The position numbers and the translations under genes are program-made. Below are positions 1-8,036 of a stretch of 32,000 nt of DNA, piece by piece. Below the pieces are notes generated by a model that saw nothing but the letters and a program-made list of their open reading frames with translations, searched no databases and had not been told where the DNA came from. The DNA lies in contig NC_007493.2 in assembly GCF_000012905.2 (NCBI RefSeq), positions 1,620,001 to 1,652,000 of the forward strand. Direction: 5' to 3'. Source of the stretch: Cereibacter sphaeroides 2.4.1. Lineage in GTDB: Bacteria > Pseudomonadota > Alphaproteobacteria > Rhodobacterales > Rhodobacteraceae. Numbering within the stretch: position 1 is the stretch's first letter; each line of letters opens with the position of its first letter.

Positions 1-436
1 GCAGCCCGCGCGGAAAGAAGTCGCGCCCCTTCTGGTCGCGCGCCATCAGCCGGGCGGCGGCATCCCGCATGGCCTCCAGCCGCTCGAGCTGGAAGGCCAG
101 ATGCGCGGCGAGTTCCTCGGCCGACGGACCTTCCTCGGTCGGGTCCGGCGGCAGCAGAAGCCGGCTTTTCAGATAGGCGAGCCAGGCCGCCATCACCAGA
201 TAATCGGCCGCCAGTTCGATCCGCAACTGCTTGGCGTGATTGACGAAAAGCAGATATTGCTCGGAGAGCTTCAGCACCGAGATGCGCCGCAGGTCGACCT
301 TCTGCGTGCGCGAGAGCGTGAGCAGAAGGTCGAGCGGCCCCTCGAAGCCCTCGACATCCACGATCAGCGCCTCGGCCGCCAGACGGTCCGCGACGCTGAG
401 GACCGAAGTCTCTTCCCAAACGTCAGCCATGTCCAT
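1..436 (-). CDS. scpA: Segregation and condensation protein A (ScpA kleisin), N-terminal part; the gene runs off the left edge of the window
   Basis: Absent from the ORF track because it is truncated. My minus-strand translation from ATG 436 (an in-frame ATG also lies at 430) gives MDMADVWEETSVLSVADRLAAEALIVDVEGFEGPLDLLLTLSRTQKVDLRRISVLKLSEQYLLFVNHAKQLRIELAADYLVMAAWLAYLKSRLLLPPD... and stays open to position 1. The FEGPLDLLL...K.D...I....L..QY...A.YL.MAA.L...KSR.LLP block is the ScpA N-terminal signature. The start overlaps the nagZ stop (423-425). Confidence 0.8.
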   Translation of the reverse strand, partial: MDMADVWEETSVLSVADRLAAEALIVDVEGFEGPLDLLLTLSRTQKVDLRRISVLKLSEQYLLFVNHAKQLRIELAADYLVMAAWLAYLKSRLLLPPDPTEEGPSAEELAAHLAFQLERLEAMRDAAARLMARDQKGRDFFPRGL

Positions 437-1436
437 GCCCGCCCAGAAGGACGGAATGTTCGGCCTCGAGCGCCCGGCTGTCAACCGGCTCGGGCGGCCT
501 GCGGCGGGCCAGCGCCGCTGCGGCGCGCTCCAGCGCCTCGGGCCCCATCGCGCCCGCGGCGGCGGCCACGGCCTCCATCTCGGCCAGTTCGCCGTTGCAA
601 TGGAGCGCCAGATCGCAGCCGGCCGCGATGGCCGCCCCCGCCCGCGCGCCGATCCCGCCCGAGAGGGCCTGCATCGACAGATCGTCCGTCATGAGGAGGC
701 CCGAAAAGCCGATCTCGTCGCGGATGACGCCGACCATGGGCCCCGAGAGGGTCGCAGGCTGCGCATCATAGGCCGAAAAGACCACATGACCCGTCATGGC
801 CAAGGGCAGATCCGCGAGCGCCCGGAAGGCCGCGAAGTCGGTGGCGGCCAGCTCCTCGCGGCTGGCGGTTACCGTGGGCAGGTCGTGGTGCGTGTCGGCC
901 GCGGCCCGTCCGTGGCCCGGCAGATGCTTCATCACCGGCAGGACCCCGCCCGCCAGATGCGCCTCGGCCGCCGCGCGGGCAAGCTCCGCCACGCGCGCCG
1001 CCTCGTCGGCGAGGCAGCGGTTGGCGAGAAACGGATGGGTCGCCGCGGTGCGGATGTCGGCCACGGGCGCGCAGTTGCCGTCGATGCCCACCGCCCGCAG
1101 GTCCTCGGCGATGAGCCGGTAGCGCAGCCAGAGCATCCGGGCCGCCCGGTCCCCGGCGCGCTCCACCGCCTCGAGGGGCGGCAGCCACTCGCGCCAGTGC
1201 GGCGCGCGGAGACGCTGGACGCGGCCGCCTTCCTGATCGACGAAGATGGGCGCGTCGCGCCCCACGGTGGAACGCAGTTCCTGCGTCAGGGCAAAGACTT
1301 GCGCGGGGTTGTCGATGTTGCGCGCGAAGAGGATGAAGCCGAAGGGGTCGGCCTCGCGGAAGAACTGCCGCTCGGCATCCGTGAGGACCGGGCCGGAGCA
1401 GCCGAAAATCGCGGCCGTCCGGCCAGCCTCGCTCAT
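423..1436 (-). CDS. nagZ: Beta-N-acetylhexosaminidase NagZ (GH3, peptidoglycan recycling), 337 aa
   Basis: C-terminal 337 aa of track ORF 423..1625(-). Carries the GH3/NagZ blocks DQEGGRVQRL and KHLPGHGRAAADTHHDLP. I place the start at ATG 1436 (MSEAGRTAAIFG...), which overlaps the stop of the upstream SPOR gene as ATGA (1433-1436). The 63 upstream residues in the track ORF are Arg/Pro-rich and overlap that gene. Confidence 0.9.
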   Translation of the reverse strand: MSEAGRTAAIFGCSGPVLTDAERQFFREADPFGFILFARNIDNPAQVFALTQELRSTVGRDAPIFVDQEGGRVQRLRAPHWREWLPPLEAVERAGDRAARMLWLRYRLIAEDLRAVGIDGNCAPVADIRTAATHPFLANRCLADEAARVAELARAAAEAHLAGGVLPVMKHLPGHGRAAADTHHDLPTVTASREELAATDFAAFRALADLPLAMTGHVVFSAYDAQPATLSGPMVGVIRDEIGFSGLLMTDDLSMQALSGGIGARAGAAIAAGCDLALHCNGELAEMEAVAAAAGAMGPEALERAAAALARRRPPEPVDSRALEAEHSVLLGGHGHG

Positions 1437-2419
1437 CTCAGGGCGACCGGGATGCAGGCGGTGTCCTCGGCCAGAAGCGCCGAGCAGAAGCGCCGCGCTT
1501 CGCCCTCGTCGGCAAAGCCCGAGGCGCGCAGCCGGTAGAAGGTGCGCCCGCCGCTCTGCGCGGTCTGCACGACGCGGCTCTTTTCGGTCAGGAGCGTGCC
1601 GAAGCGGCCGGCGAGCCGGTCCCATTCCCGTCGCGCCGAGGCGGCATCGTCGAAGGCACCGAGCTGCACGAGGCGCGTGCCCGCAGGCAGAGTGGCCGCA
1701 TCGACCTCGGTCACGGCCGCAGCGGTCACGGCGGCTCCGGCCGCGGCCGGAGCGGCTTCCGCGGTGCGTTGGGCACGGGCGGGCCGCGGCGGCGGCACGG
1801 GCGAGCGCGTCACGGCCCCGGGCGGCGGCGGATCGGCCAGCACCTCGTTGGCTTCGGGCTCTGCGGCCTCGGGCTCGACCGTGCCCGCAATGGCCTCGGC
1901 TAGCGCGAGCTTCGTGGCGTCAGCGTCGATGGCGGGCAGCTGCTCCTCGGCCACCGCAGAGGCGGACCCCTCATCCTCGATCGGCGCGCTCTCGGGCAGC
2001 TCCTCCGTCGTGGCGGCGAGGCTTTCGGTCTCCGACGCCCCCTGTTCGGGCGCGGCCCCCGGCTGCTCGAGTCCCGGCCCGTCCTCGAGCGCGAGCTCGA
2101 CGGGCTTCGGGGCCAGCACCAGCCGGTCGGGCGGCGGAGAGGCGGTTCCCGCCGCAGCCACGTCATTCACCGCAAGTCCCTGATGGGCCGTGATCTCGCC
2201 GCCGGGATCGTCGGGCGCGATCCGCATCGGCCCCTCGATGGCGCGCACCACGGGAATGCCGTTCACATCGCGCACCGCGAGCTTGTAGCCCCAGACCGCG
2301 AGACCGAGGATCAGCGCGATCGACGAGACGCCGCCCGCGATGTTCATCATGCGCTGGACCTTGGCAGGCCGCTGCGGGGCCGAATAGCCCTCGAAATCGT
2401 TGAAATCCACGTCCGCCAT
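1433..2419 (-). CDS. SPOR-domain (peptidoglycan-binding) membrane protein, 328 aa
   Basis: Track ORF 1433..2485(-). It has an N-terminal TM helix (MMNIAGGVSSIALILGLAVWGYKLAV) and an Ala/Pro/Glu-rich linker. The C-terminal SPOR-like domain reads RLVQLGAFDDAASARREWDRLAGRFGTLL...FYRLRASGFADEGEARRFCSAL. I placed the start at ATG 2419 (MADVDFNDF...). ATG 2485, 4 nt after the argS stop, is an alternative that adds 22 Arg/Pro-rich residues. Confidence 0.8.
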   Translation of the reverse strand: MADVDFNDFEGYSAPQRPAKVQRMMNIAGGVSSIALILGLAVWGYKLAVRDVNGIPVVRAIEGPMRIAPDDPGGEITAHQGLAVNDVAAAGTASPPPDRLVLAPKPVELALEDGPGLEQPGAAPEQGASETESLAATTEELPESAPIEDEGSASAVAEEQLPAIDADATKLALAEAIAGTVEPEAAEPEANEVLADPPPPGAVTRSPVPPPRPARAQRTAEAAPAAAGAAVTAAAVTEVDAATLPAGTRLVQLGAFDDAASARREWDRLAGRFGTLLTEKSRVVQTAQSGGRTFYRLRASGFADEGEARRFCSALLAEDTACIPVALR

Positions 2420-2489
2420 GCTCTGCCCCACTGCGCGCGGGGCACGCCCCGGCGCTGCTTGCCTGTTATGCCCCGGCGGATGCATATTT

Positions 2490-4232
2490 TCAGCGCATTT
2501 CTTCGACCGGAGTGACGCCCAAGATACCCAAACCCGCGCAAATCACAACGCCCACGGCCCGGGCGAGGGCGATTTTTGCCTGCGAAACCACGGGATCGTC
2601 CTGCAGGAAGCGCAATCCGGCCTCGTCATTGCCCCGGTTCCAGAGACCGTGGAGCTCGGAAGCGAGCTCGTGGAGGTAGAAGGCGACCCGGTGCGGCTCG
2701 TTGGTGCGGGCCGCGATCTCGACCAGACGCGGCCATTCGGCGAGCTTGGCGATGAGCGCGATCTCGGCCGGATGGTCGAGACGGTCGAGGTCGGCCGTGG
2801 CCAGCGTCGCGTCGGACACGTCCATCCCCTGCTCGCGCGCCTTGCGTAGCACAGAATTGATCCGGGCATTGGCATACTGGACGTAGAAGACCGGGTTCTC
2901 CTTCGACTGCTCCAGCACCTTGTCGAAGTCGAAGTCCAGCGTCGCGTCGTTCTTCCGGGTCAGCATCACGAAGCGGGTGACATCCGTGCCCACCTGTTCC
3001 ACCACGTCGCGCAGCGTGACATAGGTGCCCGCCCGCTTCGACATCTTGAAGGGCTCGCCGTTCTTCCAGAGCTTCACCAGCTGGATCAGCTTGATGTCGA
3101 GCGGCACGCGACCCGCGGAGAGCGCCGCGACGGCCGCCTTCATCCGCTTCACATAGCCGCCGTGGTCGGCGCCGAAGATATCGATCAGCTGGTCGAACCC
3201 GCGCGTCACCTTGTCGTAGTGATAGGCGATGTCGGGGGCGAAATAGGTCCAGCTGCCGTCCGACTTCTTCACCGGCCGGTCGACGTCGTCGCCATGCGCG
3301 GTCGAGCGGAAGAGCGTCTGCTCGCGCGGCTCCCAATCCTCGGGCGTCTTGCCCTTCGGCGGCTCGAGCACGCCCTCGTAGATCAGGTCCATCTCCTTCA
3401 GCCGGTCGAGGGCGGCCTCGATCTTGCCGGTGCCGTAGAGCGCCTTCTCGGAGGAATAGACATCCATCTCGACGCCGAGCGCGGCCAGATCCTCGCGGAT
3501 CATCTGCATCATCATCTCGGTGGCGAACTCGCGCACCTCCGTGAGCCAGTGCTGCTCGCCCTTGTCGAGCAGGCTGTCGCCATATTTGGCCTTCAGCGCC
3601 TCGCCCACGGGGATCAGATAGTCGCCGGGATAGAGGCCCTCGCGGATCTCGGGCTCGAGCCCGTGCGCCTCGCGGTAGCGCTCGAAGGCCGACCGCGCCA
3701 GCACGTCGACCTGTGCGCCACCGTCGTTGATGTAATATTCCCGCGTCACGTTCCAGCCGGCATAGGCCAGAAGCCGCGCCAGCGCATCGCCCACGACGGC
3801 GCCGCGGACATGGCCCACATGCATCGGGCCCGTGGGGTTGGCCGAGACGAATTCCACATTGACCTTCTGGCCCGCGCCGATGGTCGACCGCCCATAGGTG
3901 TCGCCCGCCTGCAAGATGGTCGCCACCATGCCCTGCCAGACCGCCGGGCGCAGCCGGAGGTTGAGAAAGCCCGGCCCCGCCACCTCGGCCGAGGAGATGC
4001 GCGGGTCGGCCGCGAGCCGGGTGGCCAGCGCCTCCGCAATGGTACGCGGCGGCTTGCCGGACGGCTTGGCGAGCACCATCGCCGCGTTGGTGGACATGTC
4101 GCCGTGGGCCGGATCGCGCGGCGGCTCGACCGCAACGGCGGAGAGGTCGAGCCCGGCGGGCAGATCGCCCGCCTCCGTCATGGCGCCCAGTTCGGCGGTC
4201 ACGAGAGTGCGGATTTCGGTGAAGAGGTTCAT
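2490..4232 (-). CDS. argS: Arginine--tRNA ligase, 580 aa
   Basis: Track ORF 2490..4241(-). Class I synthetase motifs are present: [14 protein letters not shown] (HIGH) and FKMSKRAG (KMSKS-like), plus the C-terminal anticodon-binding region. ATG 4232 (MNLFTEIR...) has an AGGA about 10 nt upstream. ATG 4241 has only 1 nt between that AGGA and the start codon, so 4232 is preferred. Confidence 0.93.
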   Translation of the reverse strand: MNLFTEIRTLVTAELGAMTEAGDLPAGLDLSAVAVEPPRDPAHGDMSTNAAMVLAKPSGKPPRTIAEALATRLAADPRISSAEVAGPGFLNLRLRPAVWQGMVATILQAGDTYGRSTIGAGQKVNVEFVSANPTGPMHVGHVRGAVVGDALARLLAYAGWNVTREYYINDGGAQVDVLARSAFERYREAHGLEPEIREGLYPGDYLIPVGEALKAKYGDSLLDKGEQHWLTEVREFATEMMMQMIREDLAALGVEMDVYSSEKALYGTGKIEAALDRLKEMDLIYEGVLEPPKGKTPEDWEPREQTLFRSTAHGDDVDRPVKKSDGSWTYFAPDIAYHYDKVTRGFDQLIDIFGADHGGYVKRMKAAVAALSAGRVPLDIKLIQLVKLWKNGEPFKMSKRAGTYVTLRDVVEQVGTDVTRFVMLTRKNDATLDFDFDKVLEQSKENPVFYVQYANARINSVLRKAREQGMDVSDATLATADLDRLDHPAEIALIAKLAEWPRLVEIAARTNEPHRVAFYLHELASELHGLWNRGNDEAGLRFLQDDPVVSQAKIALARAVGVVICAGLGILGVTPVEEMR

Positions 4233-4270
4233 TCGGGGCATGTCCTGATTGTTGCCCCGGCTTTGCCAGA

Positions 4271-4299
4271 GGCGGGCGCACAGGTCAATGCCGCCCGCC
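4271..4299 (-). terminator. GC hairpin downstream of the holin gene (possible terminator, no U-tract)
   Basis: GGCGGGCG (4271-4278) pairs with CGCCCGCC (4292-4299) across a 13-nt loop, 9 nt past the holin stop. On the minus strand it is followed by TCTGGCAAAG, which is not U-rich. Confidence 0.3.
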
Positions 4300-4307
4300 C
4301 CCGCAGC

Positions 4308-4793
4308 CTAGTTGCGCTCCGCGCGCCAGTCCTCGAGCGCGGCATTGGCCTCGGGCGCCGCGGCCGGCGAGGCGGGCAGCGCCGCGGGACCGGCCGGCCG
4401 GGCGCGAAAATAGTGGGCCTCGCGCGAGCCGAAGTAGAAGCCCACGATGGCCGCGAGCAGCCACCAGAGCGGATCGGGCACCAGCGCCAGCCCCGACATC
4501 CGCCGCCCGAAGCTCTCGGGATCGACCATGGCGAAGATGAAGAGCGCCAGCGTGCCGAAGGCCAGCATCGGCCGCGGCAGCCGGTTCACCCCGTTCACGA
4601 AACGGTCGAACCAGCCGTTGCCCGGATTGGCGAATTCCTCGGAATATTGCTGGAGCGCCTCGCCCTGCACCTCGGCCGAGAGTTCGAGTGCGCGCGTGGC
4701 ATTGGGGCGGAATACTTCGGCCACCTCCCTGACGGCGGCGCCCACGCTCGCCACGCCGCCGCTGCCCGCGATGAGACGTCCCATCAGGCCCAT
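4308..4793 (-). CDS. Putative holin, 3-TM GTA/phage-release type (DUF3154 / GTA_holin_3TM-like), 161 aa
   Basis: Track ORF. It has a soluble N-terminal part, then an NRLPRP motif followed by hydrophobic helices (MLAFGTLALFIFAMV and LWWLLAAIVGFYFG). ATG 4793 lies inside the last codons of the upstream endolysin (..GCATGGGCCTGA), a 10-nt overlap. A second in-frame ATG at 4784 overlaps the stop as TGATG. The family assignment is from my memory of the Pfam family, not from a search. Confidence 0.6.
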   Translation of the reverse strand: MGLMGRLIAGSGGVASVGAAVREVAEVFRPNATRALELSAEVQGEALQQYSEEFANPGNGWFDRFVNGVNRLPRPMLAFGTLALFIFAMVDPESFGRRMSGLALVPDPLWWLLAAIVGFYFGSREAHYFRARPAGPAALPASPAAAPEANAALEDWRAERN

Positions 4794-5395
4794 GCCGCTG
4801 TCCTTTCGCGATGCTGCGCCTCGGTCAACCGGTAGCGCGGCGCCATGAACTCCTCGGCCCGCACGATCCAGCCACCCTTTCCGCCGTCCTTCCTTCGGGC
4901 ATATTTGCGCGAGGCGGGACGGCTGTCGGCCAGCGCGTAATACCAGTTGCGCCGCGCGATGGCATAGGCATCGGCGAGATGCGCCGGTGCGGCCTCGATC
5001 GCGGCCTGCGCCTGCCGGATGGTCTGCGGCCCCACGATCCCGTCGGCCGTGCAGGGGTATCCCATGTCGGCGAGGAGCTTCTGCAGGAGGCGCACCGCAG
5101 TGGACCCTGCGTTGACATACATGTCGAAGACGCCGGGCTGGAGCGGCTCGGGCAGGTTGCCGAGGCCGGGACGGCGGAAGTAATGCTCGATGAAGATGGA
5201 CTCGGCCTGGGCGTGGGTCAGCGCACGCACATCCTCCACCTGAACCTTTCCGTCACCGGTCGTGTCGAAGCCCAGGCGGCGGAGGGTGGCGAGCGTCACC
5301 CCGCGGTTGGTTGCGCCCCCCGGATCGTCGGGATCCTCGACGAACCCGCCCTCGCGGGCAACGATCTGCCGGGCGATATCCTGAATGCTCTGCAT
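4784..5395 (-). CDS. Endolysin: glycoside hydrolase family 108 muramidase with C-terminal PG_binding_3 domain, 203 aa
   Basis: Track ORF. The N-terminal GH108 signature is AREGGFVEDPDDPGGATNRGVT (catalytic EGG...D.GG.T..G). A later peptidoglycan-binding block reads CTADGIVGPQTIRQAQ. A G-rich Shine-Dalgarno sequence (GGGGGAGAG) lies directly upstream of ATG 5395. Confidence 0.85.
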   Translation of the reverse strand: MQSIQDIARQIVAREGGFVEDPDDPGGATNRGVTLATLRRLGFDTTGDGKVQVEDVRALTHAQAESIFIEHYFRRPGLGNLPEPLQPGVFDMYVNAGSTAVRLLQKLLADMGYPCTADGIVGPQTIRQAQAAIEAAPAHLADAYAIARRNWYYALADSRPASRKYARRKDGGKGGWIVRAEEFMAPRYRLTEAQHRERTAAWA

Positions 5396-5465
5396 CTCTC
5401 CCCCTTCGGTTGAAGGAGGACAGGCTGGCCTCGGCCGCTCACCTGCGGGTTAAGCGGGCGCGCGG

Positions 5466-5530
5466 TCTGCCGGGGACGGACGGGGGCGCTGCCCCCGCAC
5501 CCCCGGGATATTTGAGCCAGAATGAAAGCG
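5466..5530 (-). repeat. Copy A of a dispersed intergenic repeat (core TTCATTCTGGCNCAAATATCC-YCGGGGG followed by a GC hairpin)
   Basis: The minus strand reads CTTTCATTCTGGCTCAAATATCCCGGGGGTGCGGGGGCAGCGCCCCCGTCCGTCCCCGGCAGA. The core spans 5500-5528 and the hairpin is GGGGGC/GCCCCC at 5482-5496. A second copy in the opposite orientation lies at 16099-16190. Confidence 0.7.
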
Positions 5531-5555
5531 GAGGCGGGACGGAGGCGTGTGGCTT

Positions 5556-6011
5556 TCAGCCCTGGGGCTGGTCCTCGGTGTGCTGGAAGACGCCCTGTTC
5601 CTTCAGCGCGTCCACCACCTCTTTCGGCATGTAGGTCTCGTCATGCTTGGCGAGGATCTCGGACGCCTCGAAGACGCCGCCCACGAGGCGGCCGGTGCCG
5701 ACCATGCCCGCATCCTCGGCGAAAAGGTCGGGCAAGACGCCGGTGAAGCTGACCGGGACGGTCGCGTTCGTGTCGGTGACGCGGAAGGTGACGGTCTCGC
5801 CCTGCCCCCGCACGAGGCTGCCCTTCTCGACGAGGCCGCCGATGCGAAAGACCTCGGTCTCGGGCGGCGGCGCCTCGACCACCTGGGTGGGCGAGCGGAA
5901 GAAGTTGATCCCGTCGCGCATCGCATAGCCGATCAGAGCGGTCGATCCCGCCAGCGCCACGAAGGCCAGCGCGATGATCTGGATGCGGCGTTTCTTCTTC
6001 AGGCCCTTCAT
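5556..6011 (-). CDS. ccmE: Cytochrome c-type biogenesis heme chaperone CcmE, 151 aa
   Basis: Track ORF. It has an N-terminal membrane anchor (RRIQIIALAFVALAGSTALIGY), an OB-fold body, and the heme-binding motif LAKHDETYMPKEV containing the conserved His. Confidence 0.93.
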   Translation of the reverse strand: MKGLKKKRRIQIIALAFVALAGSTALIGYAMRDGINFFRSPTQVVEAPPPETEVFRIGGLVEKGSLVRGQGETVTFRVTDTNATVPVSFTGVLPDLFAEDAGMVGTGRLVGGVFEASEILAKHDETYMPKEVVDALKEQGVFQHTEDQPQG

Positions 6012-6033
6012 GTCACCCTCATGGCGTCTCGGC

Positions 6034-7062
6034 TCAGGGGAAGACCGGGGCGAGCCCGAGACCTGCCGCCTCGTCCAGCCCCAGCATCAGGTTCGCATTC
6101 TGGATCGCCTGCCCCGAGGAGCCCTTGCACAGGTTGTCCAGCACCGCCACCACCATGGCGCAGCCGGGCACCCTGTCCCCGATCACGCCGATATGGACGT
6201 AGTTGGACCCCCGGATGTCGCGTGTCGAGGGGAGCGCGCCAAAAGGTAGCACCTCGAGGAACGTTTCCGTGAGATAGCGCTCGGTGAGCGCCCGGTGCAC
6301 CGCCTGCGGGTCGCCCTTCACATAGACATTGGCGAGGATGCCGCGGTTCATCGGCGTGAGATGCGGCGTGAAGCGGACCTGCACCGGCCGGCCGGCGATC
6401 TTCGAGAATTCCTGGTCGAACTCGCCCAGATGCCGGTGCCTGCCGCCGGCGGAATAGGCATGCGTGCCCTCGGAGAGCTCGGCATGGAGCAGGTTCTCCT
6501 TCAGGCTCCGCCCCGCGCCGGAGACCCCCGCCTTCAGATCGATCAGGATATCGTCGAGATCGATCACGCCCGCCTCGATCAGGGGCCGGATCGCATATTG
6601 CCCCGTCGCCGCATTGCAGCCGGTGCCCGCCACGAGGCGCGCGCCGCGGATCTCGTCGCGGTAGAATTCGGTCAGTCCGTAGACCGCTTCCTTCTGCAGC
6701 TCGGGCGCCGCATGGGGCTTGCCGTACCAGGTCTCGTAGGCCGCCGGATCGCGCAACCGGAAGTCGGCCGAGAGGTCCACGACCTTCAGATCGCGCGGCA
6801 GCCCCGCGATCACCGCCTGAGACGTGGCATGAGGAAGGGCGCAGAAGGCCAGGTCCACGCTCGAGAAATCGATCTCTTCGATCTTCTGGAGCCGCGGCAG
6901 GTCGAGATGGCGGAGGAAGGGAAACACCTCGGACATCGCCATGCCCGCCTTGCGGTCGCCCGAAAGCGCCACGATCCGCATCGCGGGATGCGTGGCGATC
7001 AGGCGGACCAGCTCGGCCCCGGTATAGCCCGAAGCCCCGAGGATGGCGATGTTCTGAACCAT
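6034..7062 (-). CDS. argC: N-acetyl-gamma-glutamyl-phosphate reductase, 342 aa
   Basis: Track ORF with ATG verified at 7062. The N-terminal Rossmann motif is [16 protein letters not shown], and an active-site Cys sits in the GTGCNAT context. The length is typical for ArgC. Confidence 0.92.
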   Translation of the reverse strand: MVQNIAILGASGYTGAELVRLIATHPAMRIVALSGDRKAGMAMSEVFPFLRHLDLPRLQKIEEIDFSSVDLAFCALPHATSQAVIAGLPRDLKVVDLSADFRLRDPAAYETWYGKPHAAPELQKEAVYGLTEFYRDEIRGARLVAGTGCNAATGQYAIRPLIEAGVIDLDDILIDLKAGVSGAGRSLKENLLHAELSEGTHAYSAGGRHRHLGEFDQEFSKIAGRPVQVRFTPHLTPMNRGILANVYVKGDPQAVHRALTERYLTETFLEVLPFGALPSTRDIRGSNYVHIGVIGDRVPGCAMVVAVLDNLCKGSSGQAIQNANLMLGLDEAAGLGLAPVFP

Positions 7063-7086
7063 ATGTCTCTTTTCCGTTTCTGTCGC

Positions 7087-7899
7087 TCAGGCCGCCTCGA
7101 AGGTGATCCGCCGGCGGAGGAACTGCGTGGCCTTGTTGGAGACCGAGCGCGGATCGCCCGTGGTCAGGAACTTCGACTCGGTCCCGTCGCCCGCGAACTC
7201 CGGCTTGCGCGCCAGATAATCCGCCAGGCTCTCGGCCACAAGGTTGGCCTGGCTGTAGACAGAGACCTCGGGCCCCAGAGCCTCCTGAAAGATCGGCTCC
7301 ATCAGCGGGTAATGGGTGCAGCCGAGGATCGCCGCCTGCGGATGCGGCATCCGCCGCTTCAGCGCCTCGACATGGCTGCGCACCAGCGCCTCGGCGAGGA
7401 TCTCGTCGCCCTGCTCGATGGCATCCACCACGCCGCCGCAGGGCTGCGCCTCGACATCGACGCCGATGGCCCGGAAGGCCAGTTCGCGCTGGAAGGCGCG
7501 GCTGGCCACCGTGGCGGGCGTGGCGAACAGCGCCACATGTTTCACCGCCACTTCGCGCGGTGGGCTGTTGTCGCCCCACTGCCGCTCGGTCAGGGCCTCG
7601 ATCAGCGGCACGAAGACGCCGAGCACGCGTTTGTCTTTCGGGATCCAGGTCTCCTGCATCCGCTTCAGCGCCGCCGCCGAGGCGGTGTTGCAGGCGAGGA
7701 TGACCAGATCGCAGCCCTCGGCCCAGAGCCGTTCGGTCGCGGCGCAGGTCAGGTGGAAGATATCGTCGGCGTCGCGCACGCCGTAGGGCGCGTGGGCATT
7801 GTCGCCGAAATAGACGAAGGGCACCTCCGGCAGGCGCCGCTGCACCGCATCGAGAACCGTGAGGCCACCGAGCCCCGAGTCGAACACACCAACCGCCAT
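7087..7899 (-). CDS. murI: Glutamate racemase, 270 aa
   Basis: Track ORF. Signature blocks are [21 protein letters not shown] and LGCTHYPL, which contain the two catalytic Cys motifs. Confidence 0.93.
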   Translation of the reverse strand: MAVGVFDSGLGGLTVLDAVQRRLPEVPFVYFGDNAHAPYGVRDADDIFHLTCAATERLWAEGCDLVILACNTASAAALKRMQETWIPKDKRVLGVFVPLIEALTERQWGDNSPPREVAVKHVALFATPATVASRAFQRELAFRAIGVDVEAQPCGGVVDAIEQGDEILAEALVRSHVEALKRRMPHPQAAILGCTHYPLMEPIFQEALGPEVSVYSQANLVAESLADYLARKPEFAGDGTESKFLTTGDPRSVSNKATQFLRRRITFEAA

Positions 7900-7961
7900 G
7901 CCTGCCCCCGCCCCTCAGGACTTTTCTCTGGGGCCAGCATAGGATCATGCCGCAGCGGACG

Positions 7962-7981
7962 GAAGCGCCTTGCGGCGCTTC
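7962..7981. terminator. Palindromic GC hairpin downstream of the oxidoreductase gene (no U-tract)
   Basis: GAAGCGCC-TTGC-GGCGCTTC, 56 nt past the stop at 8037 on the minus strand. No T-run follows on either strand, so function is uncertain. Confidence 0.3.
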
Positions 7982-8036
7982 TGCGACCTATTCCTCAGCC
8001 CGTCCCCCGCGCGGGATGGCGGCCACGCGGGAGGGC

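Noticed and set aside
5450-5453. CtrA box upstream of the endolysin gene
   Set aside because: Only a single TTAA half-site is present (gggTTAAgcgggcgcgcg). The second TTAA(C) at N7 spacing is absent. That is insufficient to claim CtrA control from sequence.
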